This document shows positions 12,464-25,050 of a stretch of 64,000 bases of DNA, piece after piece. How positions within the stretch are numbered: position 1 is the stretch's first letter; every line of letters starts with the position of its first letter. The notes below the pieces were generated by a model. That model saw only the letters and a program-made list of their open reading frames with translations, did not search any database and was not told where the DNA came from. The DNA lies in NCBI GenBank assembly GCA_965287045.1, contig OZ336878.1:105028001-105092000 (forward strand), given 5' to 3'. This stretch comes from Carcharhinus amblyrhynchos (taxonomy: Eukaryota). The position numbers and the translations under genes are program-made.

Positions 12464-12805
12464 GACGTTTTCAACAGGTTTTGGAGAGGAGACGGATGGG
12501 CCAAGATTTGATAAACTCGTTCGAGGCTTCCTTGACTCTAATCAGCTGTTTCAGCCAGAGTATTCATATAGCTAGCACTGTTCAGACCGTAGCCAAGTTC
12601 GATTGGCGATGGTACGGACTATTAACCTCAATGCATGAAAATTATGTATTTCTCCTCTAGGCTCAATTAGTTGGGCCACAATTCTTTGATCCGAATGCTA
12701 CCTGTCACTTCTCAGTCAAACCTGGAGAATCAGGAGAATTTGATTTCCGTTAACTATCTTGAAAATGATGATAATCTCAGACAAATACACCACTTCAGTA
12801 GTGCG

Positions 12806-13452
12806 TGTTATCGGACAACAAATTTTCTGAAATTAGATGTACAAAATGGAAACTAACTAAAGATACGCTCAGAACCCCTCCACTAAAGATCACAAAGGAG
12901 CAGATCCAGACAGCCAGGCAAAGGTATGTTTTTAGAATGCAAATAAGGGCTAACATACAAAGGAAGCTGGACAGAATGGCACCTATAGAAACTAAATTAA
13001 AGTACACCCCCATCTAATCAGCACCACGAACCTAATCATGTAAACCTCTATGGAGACACCTAAGAATTAACATAACTAAGGAAGCTTCCCTGGCTTCACA
13101 GGCTTCCTAATGTCAGAGAAACACCCATTGTTCACACCCCGGAGATTCAAGATCATTGATAAACCCATCAGGCAGAAACGGTTAACACACACTTAAAAAC
13201 ATCGTTACAATACTTGAAAGCATCGAAACAGGGTGTTCAGAGTCAAATACTGTAAACAAATCATTAGCATGTGAATTGTACAATGTATCGAAGTTCAGGT
13301 ATAACTGTAGCCCATTGCGGTGGGCCTCTCGTGTGCTTTCGGGACAGTTCTGTGTGTCCTGACTGCACTTCCGTCGACGTTAAAAATAAAGCTGTACTGC
13401 TGTTGAACCTGACTGAGTCCGTAGTGGTCGTGTCAGCCCACTCGCGCTAACA
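12806..13452 (+). mobile_element. Solo LTR of the ERV-A family (647 bp)
   Basis: TGTTATCGGAC...GCGCTAACA; AATAAA at 13385; 4-bp TSD TGCG/TGTG; the monomer sequence is continuous across it. Confidence 0.92.
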
Positions 13453-13810
13453 TGTGTGACCAGTCGCTTATAGAATAATGCAAAACATGATTTCATTCAC
13501 GATAACTTTCGAGCATCCCTCTTTGAAACTTACAGTCATCTGAATGAAACATTGCCCTGCTGAACAAATGCGCCAGCGGCGTTGGCTGATGATATAATTC
13601 TTCAAGTAAATGGAAGCATGCATCAAGGATAACTAAAGTCAATGTCAACGAAAGCATACCTTTACAAGAAAATATATACCAAAGAGCAATTGGTATCAAG
13701 ATTGCTGTTGACTTAGTTAAGCAACCCCTCGAAAATATTAAGAATGAGATGGAGGCAGATTGAGATGGTGGGAAGAAGAGGTAGGAAATTTTGACTTCAC
13801 GATATGTTAC

Positions 13811-13837
13811 CTGATCGTATGTCCATGTCGTCCCGAT
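13811..13837 (-). CDS. Putative 27-nt micro-exon (DRDDMDIRS)
   Basis: tgtgcag|27 nt|gtaaca; two synonymous Arg codon changes versus consensus. Confidence 0.5.
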
Positions 13838-15443
13838 CTGCACAAATGGAGAAGTAAAGCAAATCAATCGTTGAAAAGCACGAAACCTCCGACAAAACTG
13901 ATCAGATTTCAAATGAACTGCGATTGACTTTCATCAGTAATTCGCTTTCGATTCAGATCGTCACTTTTCTTCTCAAGCATGATTCATTTCTCCTATCAAA
14001 TTAACGTTACTTTATCAGCAGTACTTTGAATTCATTCTGACCAAAATGAAATTTATCCGATGCAAAGCTAATGGAATTTTTTGTTTTCAAATCGAAAGAA
14101 CGTTTTTTTCTGTTCTGGCCCTTTTCCGTTTTGGTGTTTAATTGCGTCAACACTAAATTAGGAATCACTCTTTTATCATAACAATACAACAACTCCTATG
14201 TTTTTTATAGTTATCCATGAGAAGCAGTGGTTGCCAGCTGGAGCAGAAAAAATGACTCATGAGAGGATAGAGATGATCTGCGTCCGTGAAAAAGTCGCTG
14301 CCCATGCAATGACCGAAAATCCTGATTGCTGTCTCTATGAGTTTTCATTCATTTTGGCACAGTGAACGTGATGGCACGGCAACATATTTTAGGGTCGTTT
14401 GTTTAAGGCATGGTGTGGGGACAAGGAGACTTTGAGGGATGTCGAGGATTTCAGTTTCTACAGGTCAGCGTTGATGTGTTTTGCAATTGAAGTCGTTGGG
14501 GTGAATTTCAGCAGGCGAATCTTGTGCATAATGATGCAACGGTATGAGTTTGGCTTGTGTAGTTGGCGGGGAAGGTGGGACATTTCACGATTGCTGTCTG
14601 CTGCAGTGCGGATGAACTTCAAGACGTCTGCATTCTATTGGTTGACGCTGTAGTTGGTCGTTGCTCTTTGGAACTATATCTATCATGGCATGCCGCGGCT
14701 ATTCAAGCTTACTGCTGAATTCTATATTGTTGATGGTGAACAGCGTTTTGGTGAGTAACCGGATGGAATAAAATGAGGTTATTAACTCGCTACACGCTGC
14801 CTACATTCGAGTCTGCTGTTTTGGCCGAAGTACTTGTATATCAGGAACTCTTCAGTTTCTTGTCAAGGTCCACCCCGAAGATGATTATAACGGAGAATTC
14901 ACCAACTGAATTGTCAATTAATCTCAACATATGACCGTTATGTGTTTGTATTTTTGGTTCGTTTCGCTGCCGCACAATTCTGTAGTCCGTATGCTACGTG
15001 TCAATTGCCACGTTAAATGGGGAGAATCAGGAGGACATGAATTACGGTAGAAAAGCTTGAAAATCTTCTAAATCGCACCAATATACCAATTTAGAGCAGT
15101 GACCATTTGCTCACGGAATATAGCCAATTCATATTTATAGCAGGTATGGTCGAGCATAATTGTATGATAATTGCAGTCAAATCAACCAAGTGTTTGCAAA
15201 ATGAACAGATTCATGTCTGGGGAAATAATTCTCCAAGTTAATGGAAGCAAGAGCCAAAACTACTGAAGTCAATACAACTAAAGACGAAGTTTTACGAAAC
15301 GAGGTATGGTCAGAGTGCAATAGGTATTGGTTTTGCCGATGACTTATTTAAGCAAACCCTACAAAATACTAAGAGCGTCATTGAAGTATTCTTAGATTAT
15401 TCGAAAAAGAGAGGAGCGGAAAGTAAATTTGTTGAAGTGTTAC

Positions 15444-15470
15444 CTGTTCTTATGTCCGCCATGTATCGGT
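15444..15470 (-). CDS. Putative 27-nt micro-exon (DRYMADIRT)
   Basis: gagcag|27 nt|gtaaca, open. Confidence 0.45.
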
Positions 15471-15660
15471 CTGCTCAAATGGAGAGGCAAAGTGATTTAA
15501 TAGACCATTTTTTTCTTTTTTTCTCTCTTTTAAGTCCGTCCGCCTTGTTGTCCAAAGAGGGGCATACACGCGATGGGTCGTACTGGTGCTGCTCTTGAAT
15601 GTTCGAGAATGACCTAGTGCTTCATGTCGTTAGTGTGTGCTTAAACTGGACCAGATGCTG

Positions 15661-15995
15661 GGCAACACGACAGCTCAGTGACTATCACTGTTTGCTATGC
15701 AGACACATGGATTTGGGCCAGTGTCTGTGGGAGTTTGCGCATTCTCCCCGTGCTTGCGTGGGTTTTCTCCGGGTGCTCCGGTTTCCTCCCACACCCCAAA
15801 GATGTGCCATTAGGCTGACTGGAGGTAATAAATTGTCCCTAAATTAGTTCCCCTCAATGTGGAATGCCATAAACAATAGACAAGGGTCATGGGTGGAGGA
15901 GTGGGGGAGGTGGGGGGGGGGGACTGGTAATGTTAAAATGGCGGCGTGGGCTCATTGGGCCATAGGGCCTGTTTTCCGGGCTGTTTTTGTTCTTT
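15661..15995 (+). mobile_element. tRNA-derived SINE (HE1/V-SINE-like), degraded
   Basis: GTCTGTGGGAGTTTGCGCATTCTCCCCGTG...CCGGGTGCTCCGGTTTCCTCCCACA core. Confidence 0.8.
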
Positions 15996-16650
15996 GTTCA
16001 TTATTTGAAGCTACCGGAAGAGTAGATCAGATTTCAAATGACGTTTCATTGAACTTCATCAGTCGCTTGCTTTATTTTCTGCATACCAATTTCGTGCTCA
16101 AAGTTCAATCAATTCTTCTCTTCATGTAACATTCCATTATCTTCAGTGGTTTCATTTTTGTCTTACTGAAATGAATTAAGTGCGATGGGAACCTAATTGG
16201 AATTAATTATTTTCAGTTCAAAAAACGTTGTTTATCTTCTGGACCTCCTCGATTATGCCGGTTGATCGCTGTAATATTAAATTGTAAATTCCTCTTATGT
16301 AAACAAAAAAAAAGTACTTTATATTTATTTCTGAGAAGAAATTGCAGCCGGCTAGAGTTGAAACTAATGGTCATCGGACGGCGGGGGTGATCTTCACCCA
16401 CGTCCGCCTCAGTCGATATAGTGCACGTATGCCCACTCTGCTAACTGTAAGTTGTCTTATGATAAAAATGATGGCACATCAATATAATTAAAAGTTTGAT
16501 GCTGCTTTCTTGGTCGTGGGTGTCTTGTGCTTGAAGTCTGTCGAGGAGTTCCGTTTCCACGTGGCAGCTTTAATGAGATTGGAATTTGATATTGCAGTTT
16601 TATGATAAATTTCAGCATACAAGAATTGTAAAAAAAAAATGATGCAACTG

Positions 16651-16971
16651 TAGCACGGTGGTTAGCACTGCTGCCTCACAGCTCCAGGGACCTGGGTTTG
16701 ATTCCCAGCTTGGGTCACTGTCTGTGTGGAGTTTGCACATTCTCCCCGTATCTGCGTGCCTTTCCTCTGGGTGCTCCGGTTTTCTTCCACAATCCAAACA
16801 TGTGCGGGTTAGGTTGATTGGCCATGCTAAAAAATGTCCCTTAGAGTCGTGAGATGCGTAGGGTAGAGGGATTAGCGGGTAAATATATAGGGATATGAGG
16901 ACAGGACCTGGATGAGTTTATGGTCGGTGCACCGAATGACCTCCTTCTGCACTGTAGGGTTTCTATAATTC
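16651..16971 (+). mobile_element. tRNA-derived SINE (HE1/V-SINE-like)
   Basis: A-box-like GTGGTTAGC, B-box-like GGTTTGATTCC, V-SINE core and CR1-like tail. Confidence 0.9.
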
Positions 16972-17874
16972 CAACGGTGTGAGTTTGGCTTTTGCGTTTG
17001 AGGAGTTAGCTCTGGAGTGGTTGAACTGTGGGTAGCCGGAGCGTGTTTGTTTGTTTTTCATTGGATGGTGTTGAAGTTGTTGTGTGTTGTTGGAGATATA
17101 TCTATTATGTCATGAGGAGGCTAATCATATTCCTAAATGTACGTTTTAGATGGTAGAGAGATTTTGAGGACGGGTCGGATGGGGCTAAACGTGATACTTT
17201 TTACAGCTTCCTGTTATCTAATTTGATGTTTTGGCCACAACAGTTACATAGCTGGCATGCTGTGCTTTGATTCAAGATTAACTCCAATATTTTTGACAGC
17301 GGTACATTTAGCAATTGCATTGTCTACTAATCTCAATGGTTGATAGTTATTTATTTCTTCTCTTGGAACAGTTTGTTGCTTAACAATTCTTGGGCCTGAA
17401 TGCTACTAGCCACTCTCAGGCCATCATTGAAAATCAGGAGAACTTGATTTTCTGTTGAGCAGTTAAAAATGTTGATTAAGTAAGACGAATACAATATTTT
17501 AACGCAGTGTCTAACCATTCACTAAATGAATAAAAAATTACAAAATCTTATTATTAGTGATAATGGTCGAGCACTACTGTGTGATAATTACGGTCACCCG
17601 AATCAAACGTTTAGTAAGTTTACTTATGAACCATCGACAAGCAATGATTCAGGGTGTTCTTTTGTAAGTAAATGGGAGTAAACATCAACAATAATTTAAG
17701 TCAACAGTTCTAAAGACTAGATTTATGAGAAGAGATAAGACCAGAGGGCAATTGATATTTGTTTTCCTGTTGCCTTATATAAGCAACCCATCCGAAATGT
17801 TAAGGGTGGCATTTTGGCAAATTGAGATTATTGGAAGAAGAGAGTTACGAAAAGTTGTCTCCTTGTTACGTTGC

Positions 17875-17907
17875 CTGAGTTTGAGCTTCTGCCAATGTTG
17901 TTTCAAT
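17875..17907 (-). pseudogene. Degenerate micro-exon copy
   Basis: 33 nt, GC donor, acceptor AG lost. Confidence 0.4.
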
Positions 17908-19517
17908 GTGTTCAAACGGACATATACAGTAAATTGATCGGTCCAAAAGTCGAGCCGTCCCACTGAAGGCATCAGATTTCAAATGTCGTGTCACTGACCA
18001 TCATCAATAACTCGCTTTCTTCTCAGCTAGTAATTTTATTACTCAAACTTCCATCACAACTCCAGTTGATTTAAAACATCCTTTGTCCGCTGCGTTTTGA
18101 CTTCTGTCTTGCAACAACGAAATTGATGTAATGGGGAGCTAATGAGAATTCATGATTTCTAACTGAATCTACGTCATTTATTTTCTCCCCCTCTTCCATT
18201 CGTTTGGTTACTAGCGGTGACATCAGAATAGGAATCCCACTTTATTTTTGCAAAAACAAATATCAACTTGTTGTCTTCTTTATGTTCTTCATGAGAAGCA
18301 ATGATTGTTGGCAGATCTGAAAATAATGCTCTCAGAAGGCGTAGTTGATCTGCATCCATGAATCCCTGCAGACCATCGAGAGTTTGATGATAGAGTCTAC
18401 CCACATTGTGCTGCGAAGCGGGTACTTTGGCACTTCAAAATTGACGGCACGATAATATATTTTAATGCTGCGTGATGTTGTCTAGGGCTTGGGTGGGGAA
18501 GGGGCGGGGGGAAGGCTTACACTTGATGGTTGTCCAAGAATTCTATTTCTGCAAGTCAATCGTAATGCAGTTGGAATTTGCTTTTTGAATTGACTTGATG
18601 CATTCTCGCAAAATAATCTTGTGCACAATGGCGGAAGGTTTCAGTTTGGATTGTGGTGCTGAGGGAGTAAGTGGGGCTGTTTGCTCACGGAGTGTGGTTG
18701 AACATCAAGAAGTTTGCTTTCTACCTGTTGGCGTTGAACTTATTGGAGCTATACCCGTGATGGTTGGTCGAGGTTTTGCAATCATGCACGTTAAGTCTAC
18801 GTTGTAGACGTTGGACAGGCTGTTCGCGAGGAGTCGGAAAGGTCAGGAAGCAATTAACTCGGTACATCCTTCCAAACCTCTAACCTCCTGTTCTAGCCAT
18901 AATATTCTGAATCAATATAGTGGGCATTGTAAAGTTTCGACTCAAAGTCGAATCCAAGGATTTTGATTAAAGTGGATTCAACGATTGTATATCCAATACA
19001 TCTCAAAGGATGAAGATTATGCATTTCTCCTCACAGATTCGCTTGACGCTTCGCTGTTCTCTGTCCCCTACGATAATTATCCCTTAACAGGCCACAAGAA
19101 ACAGAAAATAAGGAGAATCTGAGCTTCCATTCTGCAGATTGAAAATGTTGGTAATCTAAAATAAATGCACTACTTCCGTCTCGTGTCTAACCATTCGCTA
19201 TTTTAATAATGCAAAATGCTATTATTAGCCTCAATGGTCGAACATTACAGTATAACTATTGCATCCAGTTGAATCAAACATTTGCTAACTGAACAGAAGG
19301 ACCAGTGAAGACAATCATTGCCGACATTATTCTGCAAATAAATGGAAGCAAGCTTTAAGAACAAAGACCAAATTTTACGGGGCGAGATACGACCAGAATG
19401 AAATTGTTGTTGTTTTTACTGTCGCATGTATTAAAACACTCCAAAATAATAAGAGCAGTATTAATTCAAGTTGGGATTACTGGGATACGAGAGCCACGAA
19501 AAGTTGGCTTTTGTTAC

Positions 19518-19544
19518 CGGATATTCTGCCCATTTTGTCTCGAC
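19518..19544 (-). CDS. Putative 27-nt micro-exon (GRDKMGRIS)
   Basis: gagcag|27 nt|gtaaca, open. Confidence 0.45.
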
Positions 19545-19892
19545 CTGCTCAAATGGGGAGGTAAATCAAATCAATCTTTCCAAATTTTGAGCCTTCCCTC
19601 AGAAAGTTTCAGCCGAATCAAGCATCTGCCAATTTAACAGATAGACCAGTTGCACACAATGACTGGGGACATCATTCTCCATGTTAATGGAAAGAAGGGC
19701 CGAGAAAATTTTGAATTAAATCCAACTAAAGACGAAATTTTAGGAAACGAGTTATGTTCAGAGGGTAATTTGTGTACTCGTTTTGCTGACCACTTAGTGA
19801 GAAAAAACTCCAAAATGTTAAGACTGACATCGAGATACATTTAAATTATTAGAAGAAATGAGGTACGGAAGGTTGACTACTTGAAATATGAC

Positions 19893-19919
19893 CTGGTCTT
19901 ATGTCCATCATATATCGAT
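19893..19919 (-). CDS. Putative 27-nt micro-exon (DRYMMDIRP)
   Basis: gaacag|27 nt|gtcata (weak donor), open. Confidence 0.4.
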
Positions 19920-20259
19920 CTGTTCAAATTGAAAAGTAAAGCTACTTAGCCGATCCACGGGCGACGCAACACACAACTGATGGGATTTCAAACGACGTGT
20001 CATAGGTCTTGATCATTAACTCGCTTTCTTTTCAGGAGGTCAATTTCCTGTTCAAAACTTCATCGACTCTCAACTTATTGTAACATTCCATTCTCTGCAA
20101 TGTTTTGGTTACATTCTTGCCAGAAGAAAATTGACGTAATGGGAAGCTAATCAGAATTAATGGCTTCCATTTGAAAGAACGATTTTTTTTCTGGCTTTCC
20201 TCCATTATGAATTAATAGTTCATCCTCCTGTTTTTAAAAAAATCTTCGTTGTTTATATT

Positions 20260-21090
20260 TATTAATGAACCGTAGTGGTAGCCGGCTTGGCCAGAAATTT
20301 AACGTTCAATAGAAAGAAGGTGGAGATGGTCTGCATCCACGAAGTCCTGCAGACCATATTGTGCACGTATACCCACAGAGTTGATGATATGCATGTCCTT
20401 TCACTTTTTCTGCAGCAAAATTGATGGCAGAGCAATATATTTTAATGTCGGCTGGTGTTGTGAGGGGCTTGGAAGGCTAAACCTTGACTGTTGTCGAGGA
20501 ATTGCGTTTCCACGTGTGAGCGGTCATAGGTTAATAATTCTCTATTAGCGATGTTTTGATGAAATGTAGCAAAATAATTTTGTGACCATAGAGGTAACTG
20601 TGTGTGATTGGCTTTTGGGGTTAAGGGTCTATTCGGGACCTTTATAAATTGTCGGCTGGCGGAGTGTGGCTGAACATCAAGCCATTGGATATATTTTGGA
20701 TGATGTTGAAGCTCCTGGGTGTTATAACTAATCTATCATGGCGGGTCGTGTCTATTCAATTCCACTTGTAAATTGCCGGCTTTAGACACTGGACAGAAGT
20801 TTGGGGATGTGCCGGATGGGACAAGAGTTGTTTAGCTCGTTACGCTATTCCTGGCCTCCAAACTGCTGTTCTTGCCAGATGATTCATACAACTGGTGCTG
20901 TTCAGTTTCTCGTCAAGTTCGACCCAAGCATTTTGATAATGGTGGATCTAGCAATTGCGTTGCCAATTAATCTCAATGGATGGGGATTATGTTTTCTTCT
21001 CTTGGAGCAGTTTGTTGCATTCCAATTCTCTGGCGTGAATGCTACATGCCACTTGTCAGGCCAAACCGGGAAAATCAGGAGAATTTGAGT
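20260..21090 (-). mobile_element. Example of the decayed LINE (CR1/L2-group) 3' end that forms half of every monomer
   Basis: ORF 20902..21186 WPDKWHVAFTPENWNATNCSKRRKHNPHPLRLIGNAIARSTIIKMLGSNL matches the LINE RT C-terminal W..KW...F...KC...LGV..D pattern; the 3' tail appears as TTTATATTCATTCATG on + in other copies (e.g. 30110). Confidence 0.8.
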
Positions 21091-21505
21091 TTCCGGTGAG
21101 CAGCTTGAAAATGTTGATAATCTCAGGCAAATGCACCACTTTAGTAGACTGTGTGACCATTTCCTAACTGGATAACCCAACGTCATTTTGTTCGTGGTAA
21201 TGGTCGAGCATCACTGTGTGATAATTACAGTCATCTCAATCAAATATTGTCCAAGTGAACAGATGGGTCAGCGACACTCAATGATTGAGGACATTCGTCT
21301 GCAAGTAAATTGAATCACACATCAATTATAATTGAAGTCAATGCCATTAATGACGAAATATTAGAGATGAGATCAGACCAGAGTGTAATTGCTATTTGGT
21401 CTACTGTTGCCTCAGTTAAACAAGTCTTCCTAAATTAGAGTGGCGTATAGGCATTTTTAGATTTTTGGAAGAACCGGTACGAAAATTTGACTTCTGATAT
21501 GTTGC

Positions 21506-21532
21506 CTGATCTTATGCCCATGTTGCCTCGAT
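21506..21532 (-). other. Micro-exon copy with GC donor (DRGNMGIRS)
   Basis: gagtag|27 nt|gcaaca, open. Confidence 0.35.
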
Positions 21533-23423
21533 CTACTCAAATGTAGAAACAAAGTAAATTAATCCGTCGAACACTCAAGCTGTCCCACAGAATTCATCAG
21601 ATTTATAACAAGGTGTCACTGACCTTTATCAATAATTCGCTTTCTTTTCATATAGCCGCAATCCCTCTCAAGGACCGTTAGCTTGCATTCTTAATTTAAA
21701 ATGACTTTATCTGCAGTATTTTGATTTTATTTTTTCCCAAATTAACTTGATGTGATTGGAAGCTAACGGGAGGTTTTTGTTTTGGTTTCCAATTAAAATA
21801 ACTCCATTTTTTTCGCACCGCCCCCCCTCCTCTGTTTTGGCGGTTAGTATTCTTAACATTAAATTAGAAATCCACGTTCTCAACAACAAAACGTAAAATT
21901 TTATGCGCGTTATATTCACCCATGAGAAGTAGTGGTTGCCAGCTAGTGCAGAAATCAGCTCTCATGCGAATTTGGAGATTGAAATTTTGGAGATCACCTG
22001 CATCTATGAAAGCCTACAGACCATGCACTGTCCGAAAACCAAATTGATGTTTGTATGCGTATTCTCTGATTTTGGCACAGCAAAATTGATGGTACGGCAA
22101 TATATTTTAAGGTCACTTGTATTCGGCATCGTGTGGGAAGTGGAGGTGGGGGGAGGATGTCGAATAATTCATTTTCTACGGTTCAACGTTCACGTATTTG
22201 GAAATTTCATTTATTGGATCCGTTTTGGTGAATCACCTTCATCAGTAATTCGCGTTCCTTTTGGAAAACAACTTTCCTTTTCAAACATCCACCATTTCTT
22301 CTCTTAAGTTAAAATTTCCTTTACCTGCAGTATTTTGATTTCCTTCTTGCCCAAACGAAATTGAAATTCAAGAAGGGCTAATAAACATGTGCGTTATCAA
22401 ATTGAAAGGATACTATTTATTTTCTGGTCCTCCTCCGTTTTGATGGTTAATAGTGCTAACAATAAATTAACAATCCTTTTTTCTTTAACACAACAAATAG
22501 TATCCTCATTGCATTCATCCATCGGAAGAAGTTGTTGCCAGATCCAGCAGAAATCATTGTTCATTAGAATTTGGAGTTGATCTGCATCCATGAAAGACTG
22601 TAGAACATGCGCTGTCTGGAAACACAGATTGCTGATTTATGCATGTTCCTTGATATTGGTACAGCGAAATTGATGGCAAGGCAATACATATTGAAGGAAC
22701 TTATTTTCGGCATTGTGTGGGGAGAATGGGGACTTAAAAGATATCGAGGAATTCAATTTATACGTGTCAGCGTTGATGTATTTAGAAGTTGTTTGGATGA
22801 ATTTCAGCAGTTGAGTCTTGTGCACAATGATGCAGTGGTGCGAGATTGACTTCTGTGATTGGCGTGAAAGATGGGGTATTTCACGATTTTTGGCTTACTG
22901 AGTGCGTACGGGCATCCAGCCAACTGCATTATGTAGTTTGGCGTCGTAGTTGTTCAGTGTTGTTGGAAGTATATCTATCGTGGCAGGTTGCACCTATTCC
23001 ATTGTAGTTGAATAGCATGTTGCTGAAGGCGAACACCATTTTGGGCAGTTGCTGCATAGAGCAAGAAAAGATTAACTCATTACTGAATAATCGAATTTGC
23101 TATTATTAGCACAATTGAGGAGCATAACTGTGTAATAATTACAATCAAATGAAGCAAGCTTTTGCAGATTGAACTGATAGATCAAATACACAGAGAGACC
23201 GTGGACTACATTGTGCAAGTTAACGGAAGCGAACGCGAAGAACAATTGAAGCCAATTCAAATACAGACGAAATTTTGCGGAACAAGATGTGACCACATTG
23301 CAATAGGTATTCGTTCTGCTGATGACATAGTTAAGCAAACCCCTGAAAATATTAAGAGCGGCAAGGAGATACAGTTAGATTTTTCGAAGAGAGGTATGGA
23401 CAGTTGACTTCCTGAAATGTTAC

Positions 23424-23450
23424 TCGATCTTATGTTCATCTTGTTTCGAT
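23424..23450 (-). CDS. Putative 27-nt micro-exon (DRNKMNIRS)
   Basis: gagtag|27 nt|gtaaca, open. Confidence 0.4.
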
Positions 23451-25030
23451 CTACTCAGATGGAGAAGTGAAGCTATTGAATCGATCCAAAGCAGGAAGCG
23501 CTCCACAGAACTGATGAGATTTCAACTGACGTGGCATAGACCTTTGTCAGAAAATCCCTTTCTTTCTAGAACACCAATAATCCTCTTAATTGAAAAGATC
23601 CATTATCGGCAGTATTTTGTTTTTCAGTCTTGCCAAAAGTAAGTTGAAGTGATGGGAAACATATGAGGAATAATGATTTCCAATTGAATGAAATCTATTT
23701 ATTTTCTTGTCCTTCCCCATTATATTGTCTGGGAGCACAATTCGAGATTTCACTTATTGTAAAAAAAAACTTTTCTTTGGTTCCTTATATTAATTAATAA
23801 AAAATAAATAAAAAATATTTTTTGCCGGATAGATCTAAATTAATACTTATCAGAAGGCGGAGGTAGTCTGCATCCACGAAGCCTTGCAGACCATGCAGTG
23901 TGCGGGTCGCCCAGCATTATTATTTTGATACAGCAAATTGATGCACGAGAGTATATGTTCACGCCTGCTGGCCTTGACTAAGGATTGGCGTGGCTGGAAC
24001 ATGAAGTTTCTCGAGAAATTGTGTCTCCACATGTAAGTAGTCAGTTTAAAATTTGCTGTTAGAATTGATTTGATGAATTGCTGCAAACGAATTTTTTGAA
24101 GATAAATGCAAATGTGTGAGTTCGGCTTGTGTGGATACCGGGCTATATGCGGCCTTAACGTCTTAGTGACCGAAGGAACGCCGCTTACCATATAACTGTT
24201 TACATTCTATTGCGTGTCGTTAAAGATTTTGAGTGCCTTTGGAGCGATATCTATCATGGCAGGACGCAGATATTCATTCATAATTTTTCATCGTAAGTTA
24301 TAGATGTTGAACAGTTACTTTTGGCGGGTGGGGGAGTCCAATGGGGCAACAGTTGATTAACTCGTTGGAAGCTTCCTATCCCCTAATCTGCTGTTCTAGC
24401 CAGTTTTCTTTTTTTTGGTCGGCACTGTTCAGCTTCCAGTCATGAGTGAGACCAAGAAGTTTGATAACTATGCATTTAGCGATTGTATTGCCAATGATTT
24501 TTAATGGACTAAGGTTATGCATTTCTCTTCATGGAGCACAATGTTGCCTCACAATTATTTGGCCTGAACTGTACTTGACTACTTGTTGGGCCAAACCAGC
24601 AAAATTTGCATAAATTAACATCCATTAAGCAATTTGAAAATGTTCATATTCTGACACAAATACATCACGTTACCAGAGTGTGTGACCACTCGCGAATTGA
24701 ATAATTGAAACACATTTTATTCGTGATATAGTCAAACATCACTTTATGAGAACTGCAGTCTTCTGTGTCAAACAATGTTCAACTGAACAGATGGACTAGT
24801 GCCACACAGTGACTGAGGACATTACTCATCAAGTAAATGAGCGCCAGCGCCAAGAATAATTGTTGTCAGTATTTAATATAGGCGACATTTTACGTGTCAG
24901 ATAAGGCCAGGGTGCAAGTGGTATGAGGTTTACTGTTGCCTGAGCTAAGCACCCCTTCCAAAATGTAATGAATGGCGTTGAGGCTCATTTCGCTTGCTGA
25001 AGGACAAAAGGATGGAAGTTGATTTTTTGA

Positions 25031-25050
25031 TTTGTCCATCCCGTCTCGAT
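25031..25050 (-). pseudogene. Micro-exon remnant, donor deleted
   Basis: A deletion removes the exon 3' end and GT. Confidence 0.4.

Noticed and set aside
6206-13452. The two LTRs as the ends of a single provirus
   Set aside because: They are in opposite orientations, the second has its own TSD, and the sequence between them is array monomer
13493-13912. 139-aa minus-strand ORF through the monomer core (also 51907-52431 on plus)
   Set aside because: Not open in sister monomers; reads through splice signals and intron-like sequence
13890-13945. Hammerhead ribozyme in each monomer (minus strand CTGATGA...hairpin...GAAA followed by palindromic CTGATCAG)
   Set aside because: Core words are present, but stem I cannot form (GCGAATTA versus TGTGGGA) and the base of stem III is mismatched; an Infernal/RNAmotif scan of the consensus would settle it
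16651-16720. tRNA gene
   Set aside because: The A/B-box-like motifs belong to a SINE head followed by the SINE core and tail; no cloverleaf
23385-23570. Plus-strand donor-like GAG|GTATGG and acceptor-like TTTCTTTTCAG (sometimes CAG|GT) in each monomer
   Set aside because: These would define an ~180-nt intron with a ~1.45 kb LINE-antisense exon, and the sites vary more than the minus-strand pair; not excluded for a non-coding plus transcript
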